From the sequence record OQ420740.1: a stretch of 64,000 nt of DNA; one strand, given 5' to 3'. The translations under genes were made by a program, and so were the position numbers. The stretch comes from Escherichia phage B9-1. The notes beneath the pieces were generated by a model that saw only the letters and a program-made list of their open reading frames with translations, was not told the DNA's origin and did no database searches. Numbering within the stretch: the stretch's first letter is position 1; every line of letters begins with the position of its first letter. Shown in pieces: positions 45,515-53,846 of this stretch.

Positions 45515-45699
45515 CCGTCACCGGTGCCTGCCGTCCTTTCGATAGGTATATTGTGCCACCTGGCGGGGCCGCTGTCAACACTTTTCAAAAAAATTCTAAC
45601 CTGATGCGCTAACCGTTGCAACCTGGCGGGGCCAGCCTGGCAGGGCTATGCTATAGGGTAGGCAACAACTGAAGAGGAGGTACAAAAATAAAAGGTAAT

Positions 45700-45867
45700 A
45701 TGATCCCTGGAAATGTAGCGATTAATGACGCTGAGGCTATCGCCCTGGTTGAAAAGGCTATGGCGGGAGCGTTGGAACATAAAGAAGAGTACGAAAAAAT
45801 GATGGTTAACCTGGCAGGGCGGCGGCTGGAGAATTCTGCCCAAAAAATAATTCTAACTAATGGTTGA
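45700..45867 (+). CDS. putative small protein (55 aa)
   Basis: ORF MIPGNVAINDAEAIALVEKAMAG... with coding-like composition; weak SD AAAGG; below track cutoff; overlapping antisense track ORF 45646..45843 looks spurious. Confidence 0.3.
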   Translation: MIPGNVAINDAEAIALVEKAMAGALEHKEEYEKMMVNLAGRRLENSAQKIILTNG

Positions 45868-45891
45868 CAGCTCGGATAGTTCTGTTATTCT
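45864..45891 (+). promoter_or_regulatory. sigma70-like promoter
   Basis: TTGACA, 16-bp spacer, TATTCT, ~50 nt upstream of ATG 45944. Confidence 0.45.
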
Positions 45892-45943
45892 TATCCTCGC
45901 AAGGTGAACAACACCACACTAATTAACAGAGAGGATAAAAATC

Positions 45944-46141
45944 ATGAACGCCTACGGAATTAAAGTACGTCGCAACACTCGCCAGGCCGTCACCGATCAA
46001 ATGATTTGCCAGGTGGACGTAACCATCAACAACGGGCAAGGCCTTTATAAATTCCGTCGCGGTCAGAGCTACACCCGGCAACAGCTTAATCGTTGCGCCC
46101 TGACAAAAGGCCAGATCAACCACTGGTTTAATAAAAAATAA
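45944..46141 (+). CDS. hypothetical small basic protein
   Basis: 65 aa; leader AGAGAGGATAAAAATCATG; antisense track ORF 45923..46123 rejected. Confidence 0.5.
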   Translation: MNAYGIKVRRNTRQAVTDQMICQVDVTINNGQGLYKFRRGQSYTRQQLNRCALTKGQINHWFNKK

Positions 46142-46144
46142 GTA

Positions 46145-46173
46145 TTGACATACAGTCTGACACCAAATACACT
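46145..46173 (+). promoter_or_regulatory. sigma70-like promoter
   Basis: TTGACA (46145-46150), 17-bp spacer, TACACT, ~30 nt upstream of ATG 46206. Confidence 0.5.
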
Positions 46174-46205
46174 AAAAGCACAAAAGACACTAAGAGGATA
46201 AAATC

Positions 46206-46604
46206 ATGAAAACCACTACCTTTAATTTTGATAATGCGGACTTTTCTTTTTCTGATGTCAAGAACTGCCGCCGTGATCGTGGATTTTACAAGGCTTATAA
46301 TCTGGTGGGCCTGGACGATGACAATAATTTGCACGAAGTAGCTGAGATCCGGTATTATGCCGCCGCCAGCGGGAACACTCAATACTGTGTTTTTTGGATT
46401 CACGACAACAAGAACAATAAGTACGGTTATACTGGCGGGAAGGCGAGCGGTCACGGTTACGATAAAGCTAATGCAGCACTTGAGAGCGCATTAAATGCTA
46501 TGGGGATCACTGCCAACGGCTGGATCTATGAAGAAGAGTTTTTGTCGGCACTTGCTAACCACCTGGGCTATAAAAAGCACATTGTAACATGCGCCCACGA
46601 ATAA
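46206..46604 (+). CDS. hypothetical protein
   Basis: 132 aa; leader TAAGAGGATAAAATCATG. Confidence 0.55.
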   Translation: MKTTTFNFDNADFSFSDVKNCRRDRGFYKAYNLVGLDDDNNLHEVAEIRYYAAASGNTQYCVFWIHDNKNNKYGYTGGKASGHGYDKANAALESALNAMGITANGWIYEEEFLSALANHLGYKKHIVTCAHE

Positions 46605-46610
46605 AAATTG

Positions 46611-46638
46611 TTGACACGCTGCAAAATTCAAGTAAACT
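46611..46638 (+). promoter_or_regulatory. sigma70-like promoter
   Basis: TTGACA (46611-46616), 16-bp spacer, TAAACT. Confidence 0.5.
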
Positions 46639-46648
46639 AATCACAAAA

Positions 46649-46667
46649 GGCGGGAATGTTTCCCGCC
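46649..46667 (+). other. 5' leader stem-loop
   Basis: GGCGGGAATGTTTCCCGCC, 7-bp stem, just downstream of the predicted transcription start and ~20 nt before ATG 46687; near-identical to the hairpin at 49189. Confidence 0.45.
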
Positions 46668-46686
46668 AACACAAAGGAAAAAGATC

Positions 46687-47091
46687 ATGAATAAGAACGT
46701 ACGCCGCATCATGAATGAACTGGCAAACGATGAAAAAATTATTGACATGCATTTGATCAACATTTGCCGCCGTTGTGTAACATATAACAACCGCGCCGCA
46801 AAAGCGCGTGAGATGAACGCAAAAGGCACCTTAAAGCCCTTCCAGGTGGTGGTAAAGGCCATTAAAGATGTAACTAATACGGCAAATCAGGTACAGGGGA
46901 ACACCAACGAAAGTACCAATATTGATCCGGCTTACATCATGAAACGGATCCGGACCTGCAAGAACAAAGAGCAGGTGTATAACGTCATAGACTGGTTGGA
47001 TTCCATGGGCGACGTGGTGTACAATAGGTTTTCTGCAGCTATCGAGATCCAGCTTGACAGGTTGGACGGTAAAGTACTGAAAACTTACTAA
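46687..47091 (+). CDS. hypothetical protein
   Basis: 134 aa; leader AAAGGAAAAAGATCATG. Confidence 0.55.
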   Translation: MNKNVRRIMNELANDEKIIDMHLINICRRCVTYNNRAAKAREMNAKGTLKPFQVVVKAIKDVTNTANQVQGNTNESTNIDPAYIMKRIRTCKNKEQVYNVIDWLDSMGDVVYNRFSAAIEIQLDRLDGKVLKTY

Positions 47092-47140
47092 GTTTATTTT
47101 TAGATGGCCTTGACTACAGGGCCATCAATAAAGTAAACTA
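47092..47140 (+). repeat. 46-bp repeated intergenic element, copy 1 (palindrome over a -35-like hexamer)
   Basis: GTTTATTTTTAGATGGCCTTGACTACAGGGCCATCAATAAAGTAAACT; 7-bp inverted repeat GATGGCC/GGCCATC encloses TTGACT. Confidence 0.5.
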
Positions 47141-47170
47141 ATCTCAGTTAAGCGAAAAAGGGGCTTTAAG

Positions 47171-47290
47171 ATGAGCACTACACGCCAATACACAAAGGTA
47201 ACTATTATCGCCTGCGTTGTCGGTTACATCCTGGCGCAAATGTTAATGAGTAGCGCTAACAGTTTTGCAAAATTTTTCTTAAATTTTTAA
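47171..47290 (+). CDS. putative hydrophobic micro-protein (39 aa)
   Basis: ATG after SD AAAGGGGC; MSTTRQYTKVTIIACVVGYILAQMLMSSANSFAKFFLNF; below track cutoff. Confidence 0.3.
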   Translation: MSTTRQYTKVTIIACVVGYILAQMLMSSANSFAKFFLNF

Positions 47291-47318
47291 TTGACAAGCT
47301 AACCCAAATCAGTATACT
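47291..47318 (+). promoter_or_regulatory. sigma70-like promoter
   Basis: TTGACA (47291-47296), 16-bp spacer, TATACT, then an imperfect hairpin CGGGAAAACTTCCCAG and SD AAAGGAGA before ATG 47370. Confidence 0.5.
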
Positions 47319-47369
47319 TAAACACGTAAACGGGAAAACTTCCCAGAACACACAAAAGGAGAAAACACC

Positions 47370-47711
47370 ATGACTACTATGACCGCCGCAGAAAAAGCTA
47401 TTCAGGTTGCCGCACTGAAAAAACAGATCGCAGACCTTGAGAACAAGATCGATAACTTTGAAATCGACGAGGACAAGTACGACGAAAACTATGATGAATG
47501 GTTAGACGAGGTCTACGGCGAAATCATGATCGGAAACATTTCTTTTCTTCCGTCGCGTATCCTCAAGGAGCTAGATCCTATCGCTTACCGCTGCGGATTT
47601 AGCGACTACATCGACAGCCTGGATATTGAGGACGATGAAGAGTACCAAGAATTGCAAACAGAGTTGGAAGAAGCAAAAGAAGAGCTTGCAGAACTGGAAG
47701 AAAACGAGTAA
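47370..47711 (+). CDS. hypothetical acidic coiled-coil protein
   Basis: 113 aa; Glu/Asp-rich with heptad-like spacing. Confidence 0.55.
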   Translation: MTTMTAAEKAIQVAALKKQIADLENKIDNFEIDEDKYDENYDEWLDEVYGEIMIGNISFLPSRILKELDPIAYRCGFSDYIDSLDIEDDEEYQELQTELEEAKEELAELEENE

Positions 47712-47760
47712 GTTTATTTTTAGATGGCCTTGACTCCAGGGCCATCAATAAAGTAAACTT
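47712..47760 (+). repeat. 46-bp repeated intergenic element, copy 2
   Basis: AGTTTATTTTTAGATGGCCTTGACTCCAGGGCCATCAATAAAGTAAACT, directly after the stop of 47370..47711. Confidence 0.5.
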
Positions 47761-47797
47761 TACACTGTTAACACTGAACTAATGAGGAGTTAAAACC

Positions 47798-48043
47798 ATG
47801 GCAGCACTAATCACCAAATACTATGCCCCTACCAACACCAAAAGCGCCCGGATCATGGTAAAAGGCTTCGGACGTAAAAAGGTTTACACCTGGGATTATT
47901 CCCTAGACATGGAAGACAACTACACCAACGCGATGACCGATTTTATTAACGAGCTGAATACGCGGATCTTAACAAATTATAAAATTACCGACATTGCTTA
48001 TATAGGTGAAGGCGGGATCTGTTTTGTAGGCATTGTGAAATAG
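47798..48043 (+). CDS. hypothetical small protein
   Basis: 81 aa, SD GAGGAG. Confidence 0.5.
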   Translation: MAALITKYYAPTNTKSARIMVKGFGRKKVYTWDYSLDMEDNYTNAMTDFINELNTRILTNYKITDIAYIGEGGICFVGIVK

Positions 48044-48095
48044 TTATTTTTTCGGTGGTCCTGGTTGCAGGGCCATCTATAAAAATAATTTACTA
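48044..48095 (+). repeat. diverged copy of the 46-bp intergenic element
   Basis: TTATTTTTTCGGTGGTCCTGGTTGCAGGGCCATCTATAAAAATAATTTACT, same T-run / inverted repeat / -10-like layout. Confidence 0.4.
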
Positions 48096-48118
48096 ACACC
48101 ATGAAAGGAGAAAGTAAC

Positions 48119-48472
48119 ATGATCAGCGGTGCAAGTTTTATTATTGGCGCTATTGCTACGGCTTTAATTGTAAACAAGATCCAATCCAAAAACGAAAAAG
48201 AGAGCAACGCCCTTGCAGAATATCCATTTTGGACATTTAACGATAACGAAGATTATATTATAAAGTATAAAAATAAAGAAGGTGACCAAGTAACACCGCG
48301 ACCGATCCCGGCTTACAAGATGCAGGAAACACTATACCGCCTGGAGGCGGGGGGCGCAAAAATTGTGGACTTTTGGGGATACGATCACACAGATCAGGAA
48401 GTTATAAAGCGCCGTATCCGGGCTATTCAGGCCAATATTGAAGTTAGCAAGGGGGGAATATATGAAGATTAA
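48119..48472 (+). CDS. hypothetical membrane-anchored protein
   Basis: ATG 48119 with SD AAAGGAGA (track start 48101 lacks an SD); N-terminal hydrophobic segment ISGASFIIGAIATALIV. Confidence 0.5.
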   Translation: MISGASFIIGAIATALIVNKIQSKNEKESNALAEYPFWTFNDNEDYIIKYKNKEGDQVTPRPIPAYKMQETLYRLEAGGAKIVDFWGYDHTDQEVIKRRIRAIQANIEVSKGGIYED

Positions 48473-48659
48473 TTTTGAGAAGATTGTAAAGCGATCTCAT
48501 GATTCCGAAGAGCTGCCGGAACGCCGCCAGCGTAACAATAAACTGAATAAGCCAAAAAGATTTGGAAAGATCTGGCGAAATCATTATGATCGTAAATTGC
48601 CTGGCCTACTTTTGGAACGTGAACGACAGGCAGAACGATACCGCCATAAAGACAAATAA
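48462..48659 (+). CDS. hypothetical small basic protein
   Basis: ATG 48462 with SD AAGGGGGG; overlaps the upstream gene by 11 nt. Confidence 0.4.
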   Translation: MKINFEKIVKRSHDSEELPERRQRNNKLNKPKRFGKIWRNHYDRKLPGLLLERERQAERYRHKDK

Positions 48660-48667
48660 CAACCAAC

Positions 48668-48696
48668 GCCCCGCCATTGTGCGGGGCTTTTTATTT
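48668..48696 (+). terminator. rho-independent terminator
   Basis: GCCCCGCCATTGTGCGGGGC (7-bp stem) followed by TTTTTATTT. Confidence 0.7.
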
Positions 48697-48840
48697 CTAT
48701 CCTACGAATAGCGCCCCTGGTTGGCCCTATAAGCGCCAAAAAGGCCCCCACCTATGCAATCCCCTTTCTTAACCTGAAAACATCGCCCAGGGCCGTTTTA
48801 TGGCGTTAAAAATATTATTGACAGTGATTTTATTTAAAGC

Positions 48841-48868
48841 TTGACATCTTAAACAGGTTAGCTATACT
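48841..48868 (+). promoter_or_regulatory. sigma70-like promoter
   Basis: TTGACA (48841-48846), 16-bp spacer, TATACT; a second TTGACA lies ~20 bp upstream. Confidence 0.5.
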
Positions 48869-48900
48869 AACCACATCAAAGAGAGAAAGGAGTAAACGCC

Positions 48901-49161
48901 ATGCGTAAATTAAAAAATTTTGATAAGGTTGATGTTGTCCTGAATAATTTTTACTACTGCAACAACAAGGCCATTTGGTGGCGTGATAGTTCCACCGATA
49001 AAGTCAAGGCGCGCTTTCTCCAGGGGCACTGGCAAGGCCGCCCAGTGATTAAAATCATGGGGCAATTGGTAGCGTTTAAAAATTGCCGCCGTGTTGATGA
49101 CGTTGAAGAGATCTTGAACATTTTACGCCACAATAATTTAAAAAATAGTGTTGACAAGTAA
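48901..49161 (+). CDS. hypothetical small protein
   Basis: 86 aa, SD AAAGGAG. Confidence 0.5.
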   Translation: MRKLKNFDKVDVVLNNFYYCNNKAIWWRDSSTDKVKARFLQGHWQGRPVIKIMGQLVAFKNCRRVDDVEEILNILRHNNLKNSVDK

Positions 49162-49178
49162 ATCTCGATAAGTATAAT
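49151..49178 (+). promoter_or_regulatory. sigma70-like promoter
   Basis: TTGACA (49151-49156), 16-bp spacer, exact TATAAT (49173-49178); overlaps the end of the upstream gene. Confidence 0.55.
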
Positions 49179-49188
49179 TAAACACACA

Positions 49189-49207
49189 GGCGGGAAAACT
49201 TCCCGCC
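49189..49207 (+). other. 5' leader stem-loop
   Basis: GGCGGGAAAACTTCCCGCC, perfect 7-bp stem, ~10 nt after the -10 and ~30 nt before ATG 49236. Confidence 0.45.
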
Positions 49208-49235
49208 ACTAACAAAGAAAACAGGAGAAAATATC

Positions 49236-49859
49236 ATGACCACCGTTAACATTACCACAGGTTACAATTTATCTTTCGACGTGCTGACCGACGAACAAAA
49301 AGAAAAAGCCGTTGAAATGGTCCGCGAAAGAGAAGAACACAGCGGGGATAACTTTTTTGCAGAAAGTGTAATTGAATACTATAAAGAATATGTTTTTCCA
49401 GAGTATGGCCTTGAAGATACCGAAGTACATTGGTCCGGCTTTTGGTGCCAGGGTGACGGCGCGTCAATCAGTGCTGAAAACGTTGATTTAGAAAAATTCT
49501 TGCGTAAAGTCAAATCTCTGACTAAATTCCGCTCAATTCGTAACTTGTTCGGCACAATGCACGATGGCGAGCTATCTGCAAGTGTTGAGCGTGATCCATA
49601 TAGCCGCCATAGTCACGAAAACACTGTAAGCGGGTACATTGATACTACATGGCTAGACCTGACAGCCAAGCAAGAAAGTAAGGTTGAAGAGCTGGAAGAG
49701 CTGATCACCGAGACGGTACGGGAGCTATCCCGCAAGGTTTATGTAGACCTGGAGGAGGCCTATCTTGAACAGTTTACTACCGAAAACCTGATCGGCCTTA
49801 TTGAAGCCAATGATTGGCGGTTTAATGTGGATGAATATGGGGAGATGAGTTTTTCATAA
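49236..49859 (+). CDS. hypothetical protein
   Basis: 207 aa; SD ACAGGAGA; no family recognised by eye. Confidence 0.55.
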   Translation: MTTVNITTGYNLSFDVLTDEQKEKAVEMVREREEHSGDNFFAESVIEYYKEYVFPEYGLEDTEVHWSGFWCQGDGASISAENVDLEKFLRKVKSLTKFRSIRNLFGTMHDGELSASVERDPYSRHSHENTVSGYIDTTWLDLTAKQESKVEELEELITETVRELSRKVYVDLEEAYLEQFTTENLIGLIEANDWRFNVDEYGEMSFS

Positions 49860-49867
49860 ATAAAGTG

Positions 49868-49895
49868 TTGCAATAATCTAAAAACCTGCTATATT
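49868..49895 (+). promoter_or_regulatory. sigma70-like promoter
   Basis: TTGCAA, 16-bp spacer, TATATT, followed by hairpin GGGGCGAGATGACTTGCCCC and leader AAAGAGGATAACATCATG. Confidence 0.45.
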
Positions 49896-49948
49896 AAAAC
49901 TCAAGGGGCGAGATGACTTGCCCCACACAAAACAAAGAGGATAACATC

Positions 49949-50329
49949 ATGAAAAACACCACCAAGGCTATTGACACCGTTATGTTTAACCTGGTTACAT
50001 TCCGTGAAGATATGAAAGATCTTCCACGTGAAACAGTGTGCGACCATATCGAAAACTATCGCAAACTTATTAAAGAATTGCCATTAAAACGAGATCAGTA
50101 CGCGGCTAACGCTATGCTTAACGCCATGATCAAAAAGATGATCCAGTGTGATTTAACTCTGGCCTATGATTATGCAGGTGGTCGTTTTGCAGTATACAAT
50201 CAGCCCGTGCCTGGTATGAGCACCACCGAAGAATTGCACGCGCTCAATCTAAAACAAGACGTGTGGGATAATATGCCCCGCGTGGTGGTGTGGGCAGAAA
50301 GCGGAAAGATTTACGGCGATAATTTTTAA
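49949..50329 (+). CDS. hypothetical protein
   Basis: ATG 49949 with SD AAGAGGA (track start 49913 lies in the promoter/hairpin). Confidence 0.5.
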   Translation: MKNTTKAIDTVMFNLVTFREDMKDLPRETVCDHIENYRKLIKELPLKRDQYAANAMLNAMIKKMIQCDLTLAYDYAGGRFAVYNQPVPGMSTTEELHALNLKQDVWDNMPRVVVWAESGKIYGDNF

Positions 50330-50395
50330 TCAGGTAACAGGCGGCGGCATATTTGCCGCCCTATTGTTAAGAAGAATTGTAAGAGGGTACATAGA

Positions 50396-50767
50396 ATGGA
50401 ATTTATTATTTTGGCTATATTAGTTGCCTTGTTTAACGCCTGGATCGCTGGCAAGATGGGCAGATCTGCCTTTTTATGGTTTATTATATCTATCTTCCTG
50501 GGAGTGGTTGCAACTATTGTATTGGTTATCCTTGCAATTGTTGATAAGGGGAATAATAGAAAGGGTAAAGTATTTTCAGACCTGTACGACGCTCAAACAT
50601 TTGTCAACGCCTACTACAGCGATCTTCCAGTCTCCCTACGTTGCAGCCTTGCACAACAGGTTTTCGATGAAGCTAAAACCAGAGATCACGCCCATGAGAT
50701 ATGTTTAACTGAGGCGGATCGCCTATTTGAGAGGAATAGAAAATATGTGGACCAACCGTTTAAATAA
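50396..50767 (+). CDS. hypothetical membrane protein
   Basis: 123 aa; two hydrophobic helices (FIILAILVALFNAWIA, FLWFIISIFLGVVATIVLVILAIV). Confidence 0.5.
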   Translation: MEFIILAILVALFNAWIAGKMGRSAFLWFIISIFLGVVATIVLVILAIVDKGNNRKGKVFSDLYDAQTFVNAYYSDLPVSLRCSLAQQVFDEAKTRDHAHEICLTEADRLFERNRKYVDQPFK

Positions 50768-50966
50768 TGCCACGTTAATTAATCCCTTTAGTGAAGATTT
50801 GAAGCCAGCCGCCTGGCGTGATGGATTCAATAACGAAAGCTTTATTTTCAGGCCTGATCTTAAGGAATTTTATAACAATGGATCGAACAACGACAGAGAT
50901 AATTTTTCTCGTAATGTGCGTGGCGATAATACTCCTGGGGGCCATTGCAAACCACGTCACTGCTAA
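50745..50966 (+). CDS. hypothetical small protein (uncertain)
   Basis: ATG 50745 with SD GAGAGGA; conflicts with an alternative-frame hydrophobic ORF (MDRTTTEIIFLVMCVAIILLGAI, ending 51003); the real gene is not resolved. Confidence 0.3.
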   Translation: MWTNRLNNATLINPFSEDLKPAAWRDGFNNESFIFRPDLKEFYNNGSNNDRDNFSRNVRGDNTPGGHCKPRHC

Positions 50967-50986
50967 CAGGAGGGAAGGGGGAGACG

Positions 50987-51106
50987 ATGACACCCAAGGA
51001 TAAGCCCCGCACCGATAAGGCGCGCCGTGTTATGGTATGGCTTGAGATCATCGCCCTTGAAATATTGTTAGGCGTAGGGATGTATTTTATCGCTGTAAGT
51101 AACTGA
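50987..51106 (+). CDS. putative hydrophobic micro-protein (39 aa)
   Basis: ATG after SD GGGGGAG; MTPKDKPRTDKARRVMVWLEIIALEILLGVGMYFIAVSN; followed by a terminator. Confidence 0.3.
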   Translation: MTPKDKPRTDKARRVMVWLEIIALEILLGVGMYFIAVSN

Positions 51107-51110
51107 TAAC

Positions 51111-51150
51111 GGCCCCCGATCCCTGGGGGCCTAACTTTTTAAATTTTTTC
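51111..51150 (+). terminator. rho-independent terminator
   Basis: GGCCCCCGATCCCTGGGGGCC hairpin followed by TAACTTTTTAAATTTTTT. Confidence 0.65.
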
Positions 51151-51160
51151 TCCCTGGGTG

Positions 51161-51189
51161 TTGCAATCCGATCCAGAATATGGATAATA
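51161..51189 (+). promoter_or_regulatory. sigma70-like promoter
   Basis: TTGCAA, 16-17-bp spacer, GATAAT, then hairpin GGGGAGCAATCCCC and leader AAAAAGGAGAAACAAAATG; shares AATATGGATAATAA with the promoter at 51975. Confidence 0.45.
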
Positions 51190-51243
51190 ACAATCAACGG
51201 GGAGCAATCCCCACCAACACAAAGACTAAAAAGGAGAAACAAA

Positions 51244-51444
51244 ATGAGCAACAATATCCGCGTTATTAACTTCAAAAAAGAAGAAAAAATTGCCGTGCTG
51301 ATTGACGGTCAAGAAATCTTTAAAGGCGATTATGAAGATCATCAGGTAGCGATCAGTATTACCCGCGTGATTGGTTACCATAATTTTTACCCCCAAGGCG
51401 CTGAGGCAGCAGTAAAACGAATTAAAGAGATTGTAGGCCTGTAA
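51244..51444 (+). CDS. hypothetical small protein
   Basis: 66 aa, SD AAGGAGA. Confidence 0.5.
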   Translation: MSNNIRVINFKKEEKIAVLIDGQEIFKGDYEDHQVAISITRVIGYHNFYPQGAEAAVKRIKEIVGL

Positions 51445-51491
51445 AATTTATTTTTAGATGGCCTTGACTCCAGGGCCATCAATAAAGTAAA
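51445..51491 (+). repeat. 46-bp repeated intergenic element, copy 3
   Basis: AATTTATTTTTAGATGGCCTTGACTCCAGGGCCATCAATAAAGTAAA, identical core to 47712..47760. Confidence 0.5.
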
Positions 51492-51528
51492 TTTAAACCC
51501 TGTTAAAATAATCAGTGCAAAAGGAGTA

Positions 51529-51834
51529 ATGATCATGTTTATCCAGGCTAATAATCTTTATTTCTTTGATGGTCAGATCGTAGACGGCGTGGAGGTGGAA
51601 ATCACCGGGTGCCCTGGCGGTCAGGTTATGACTTTTCGGAATAATGCCTTTGATGATTCTCATATCGTTATGAGAATGGAAGTTAGTAAGCTGGACGATA
51701 AGAAAACACTCATTGATTATTCCGTGAAAGATCATCCAGACTACCACATGATCTATGGCGATTTGTGCATTGTTGACCGTGACAAGGTGGGCGGCATTGT
51801 GATCGCTATTGTGAACGATGTTTTCTCTAAATAA
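51529..51834 (+). CDS. hypothetical protein
   Basis: 101 aa, SD AAAGGAG (second ATG at 51535 also possible). Confidence 0.5.
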   Translation: MIMFIQANNLYFFDGQIVDGVEVEITGCPGGQVMTFRNNAFDDSHIVMRMEVSKLDDKKTLIDYSVKDHPDYHMIYGDLCIVDRDKVGGIVIAIVNDVFSK

Positions 51835-51974
51835 TTCCGGCAAATGATGCAAAATAAGGCCCCTGGCAGGGCCTGCAGCGATATAATCACATAAAGGCTA
51901 TGCGGTTGCATGGCCTTTATTATTTTAGCGTTACAGCTGCCCCCAAGGCGCTTAAAAAATTTTTAAAGAAGTAC

Positions 51975-52002
51975 TTGCATCAAGTCCTACAATATGGATA
52001 AT
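51975..52002 (+). promoter_or_regulatory. sigma70-like promoter
   Basis: TTGCAT, 16-bp spacer, GATAAT, ~60 nt upstream of ATG 52064. Confidence 0.45.
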
Positions 52003-52063
52003 AAAGGGTGTCGGGGGGCGGTGAGGCCTCCAATCATTAACCAGATAGATAGGAGTTAAAACC

Positions 52064-52348
52064 ATGGCTATTGTTACCGTTGGCGATGTAGTAGAAATGG
52101 AAGCCAAATACTTAAAAGCGGGTATGCATATCATACGGAATGATCAAGAATTGTTATTAACCATGGTTGAATATAATCCCGGTCAGGATTATCCTAGCGT
52201 TGACTACTTTTTCCAGTATGTTGATGAAGAATTAAAAGAGGATGAGGCTTATCAGGGTGAATTTTGCAATTTCTTTTGCTCTGACGAGGTTGTAAAAGTT
52301 ATTTATCAACCTGGTGTACCTTTCCCGTTGCACGCCATCAATAAATAA
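52064..52348 (+). CDS. hypothetical small protein
   Basis: 94 aa, SD TAGGAG. Confidence 0.5.
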   Translation: MAIVTVGDVVEMEAKYLKAGMHIIRNDQELLLTMVEYNPGQDYPSVDYFFQYVDEELKEDEAYQGEFCNFFCSDEVVKVIYQPGVPFPLHAINK

Positions 52349-52414
52349 GCCTGGCGGGGCCGAAAAGGCCCCTCCTGAAATTATGAAAAAAAAAATAAAG
52401 AGGGGTGAATCATC

Positions 52415-52651
52415 ATGATTGAACAAATTAAAAGCACTAAACCGAACGTTAACGGCAATGTTTCTCACTTTATTGGTGATAATGAAAGAGGGACACCGTA
52501 CGCTGCGGTAACAGTTCAACCGAACGGGGATTATTGGTTTACTGTATATGGATCTTATTCTTTTGGGCGTCCGGTGCATGATAGAATTTTAAAAGTAGCT
52601 AATCCGACCGGGAAGAATATCACAGCAGAAAAATTTTTTGAAAATAGTTGA
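52415..52651 (+). CDS. hypothetical small protein
   Basis: 78 aa, SD AAGAGGGG. Confidence 0.5.
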   Translation: MIEQIKSTKPNVNGNVSHFIGDNERGTPYAAVTVQPNGDYWFTVYGSYSFGRPVHDRILKVANPTGKNITAEKFFENS

Positions 52652-52675
52652 CATGACCGTATAAGACTGTAGTAT
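52648..52675 (+). promoter_or_regulatory. sigma70-like promoter
   Basis: TTGACA, 16-bp spacer, TAGTAT, then hairpin GGGGGCAAGCCCC and leader AAAGAGGATAAAAATCATG. Confidence 0.45.
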
Positions 52676-52723
52676 ATAAATCAAAGGGGGCAAGCCCCAC
52701 CAACCACAAAGAGGATAAAAATC

Positions 52724-52903
52724 ATGGCTATTATTGCAAAGACCGAGATTGTAGGGTTAGATTCTATTCTCCTGGCATATGAGGAGGCTATAGAAATGTA
52801 TGTGGTTTCCTATGGTGAGTATATCCGTGAATATAAATCTATTGATCTAGCTTTTGAATGTTATATTCGCCAGGTCAATAAAGCATATGATGATTATCGT
52901 TAA
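52724..52903 (+). CDS. putative small protein (59 aa)
   Basis: ATG after the conserved leader AAAGAGGATAAAAATC; one residue under the track cutoff. Confidence 0.4.
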   Translation: MAIIAKTEIVGLDSILLAYEEAIEMYVVSYGEYIREYKSIDLAFECYIRQVNKAYDDYR

Positions 52904-52995
52904 AATAGTTTGACAACAAACAACACCGTCTAACAAAGCATAATACATAAGGTGGTGGAATGGTCCGCCACCTGGAGCAAGAAGAGGAAAACAAG

Positions 52996-53100
52996 ATGAA
53001 ACAGAAATTAATTGATGCGATGATCCTGGTTATTGCCCTGGGTATTGGCCTGATTGCAACCATGGCTAATATGATCTTGTCTTCCAACGGTATCGGATAA
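52996..53100 (+). CDS. putative transmembrane micro-protein (34 aa)
   Basis: ATG after SD GAAGAGGAAA; MKQKLIDAMILVIALGIGLIATMANMILSSNGIG; preceded by hairpin GGTGGTGGAATGGTCCGCCACC. Confidence 0.35.
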   Translation: MKQKLIDAMILVIALGIGLIATMANMILSSNGIG

Positions 53101-53109
53101 GGTGGGCAA

Positions 53110-53325
53110 ATGATCACCAACAAAACAGGCAAAACAGAATTTTTACGCAACTTGCAGATCGGCAAGCCTGAGATCTGGTATTGCACTAAAACACCACGTG
53201 ACGAAATGAAAGATTTTACCGCCACGCTGAAGCGGGTAAAGATATCTATCACGCAGAAAAAAGCCTTGATAGTGGTTGAAGGTGAGATCCCTCAAGCCGT
53301 TGTTATAGTTGAGCGTACAGCATAG
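53110..53325 (+). CDS. hypothetical small protein
   Basis: 71 aa ORF. Confidence 0.45.
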   Translation: MITNKTGKTEFLRNLQIGKPEIWYCTKTPRDEMKDFTATLKRVKISITQKKALIVVEGEIPQAVVIVERTA

Positions 53326-53416
53326 TTTAATTTATACAGATACCCGAAAATTAACCAACAAAGCATAAACAGGCGGTTACTGCCGCCTTAAACGTAGCAG
53401 AAAGAGGATAGACACA

Positions 53417-53701
53417 ATGAAAAAGATGATCGCAGTGGTTGCCCTGGTTGTTGGACTTAATGCGCCTGTAATGGCTAAAGAGTTGGCAAAAGAGGTAGAT
53501 CTAACTGATATCCATGCCGTCAATCAAATCGGGGTTACTTATCGCCTATGCCTTGCCGCAAAAACTTTTAAGGACGGCACTACAGAGTACTACGGATTCG
53601 AGGGCGTCCGGTGCGGTGAACTTGCTCGCGACCTTAAAGAAGATCCAGACCTGGAGGATCTGCCGATAACCGTAAACGGGAAAACTTACGTGAACCGTTA
53701 A
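53417..53701 (+). CDS. secreted small protein
   Basis: 94 aa; SD AAAGAGGA; signal-peptide-like N-terminus MKKMIAVVALVVGLNAPVMA. Confidence 0.5.
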   Translation: MKKMIAVVALVVGLNAPVMAKELAKEVDLTDIHAVNQIGVTYRLCLAAKTFKDGTTEYYGFEGVRCGELARDLKEDPDLEDLPITVNGKTYVNR

Positions 53702-53703
53702 CC

Positions 53704-53838
53704 ATGAGAAAGATAATTATTACCATAGGGATCGTGGCGGCAATGTTGGCGATCTTTCCCCTTATGGTTAGGTATGTGCTGATCAGTGTTGTCCTGGTAG
53801 TCAGCGATCTAATGTTATATATTAACTCATTGTTTTAG
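53704..53838 (+). CDS. putative hydrophobic micro-protein (44 aa)
   Basis: ATG 2 nt after the upstream stop; MRKIIITIGIVAAMLAIFPLMVRYVLISVVLVVSDLMLYINSLF; no clear SD. Confidence 0.3.
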   Translation: MRKIIITIGIVAAMLAIFPLMVRYVLISVVLVVSDLMLYINSLF

Positions 53839-53846
53839 GTGGAATA

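Noticed and set aside
45328-45612. Track ORF of 94 aa on the + strand
   Set aside because: It spans the GC-rich repeat units; its product is low-complexity (Pro/Gly/Val runs) and it has no SD; judged a chance ORF through repeat DNA.
47092-47140. The 46-bp repeated element as a rho-independent terminator
   Set aside because: The T-run lies upstream of the hairpin on the + strand and no T-run follows it on either strand; it also contains a -35-like TTGACT, so a promoter/operator reading fits better.
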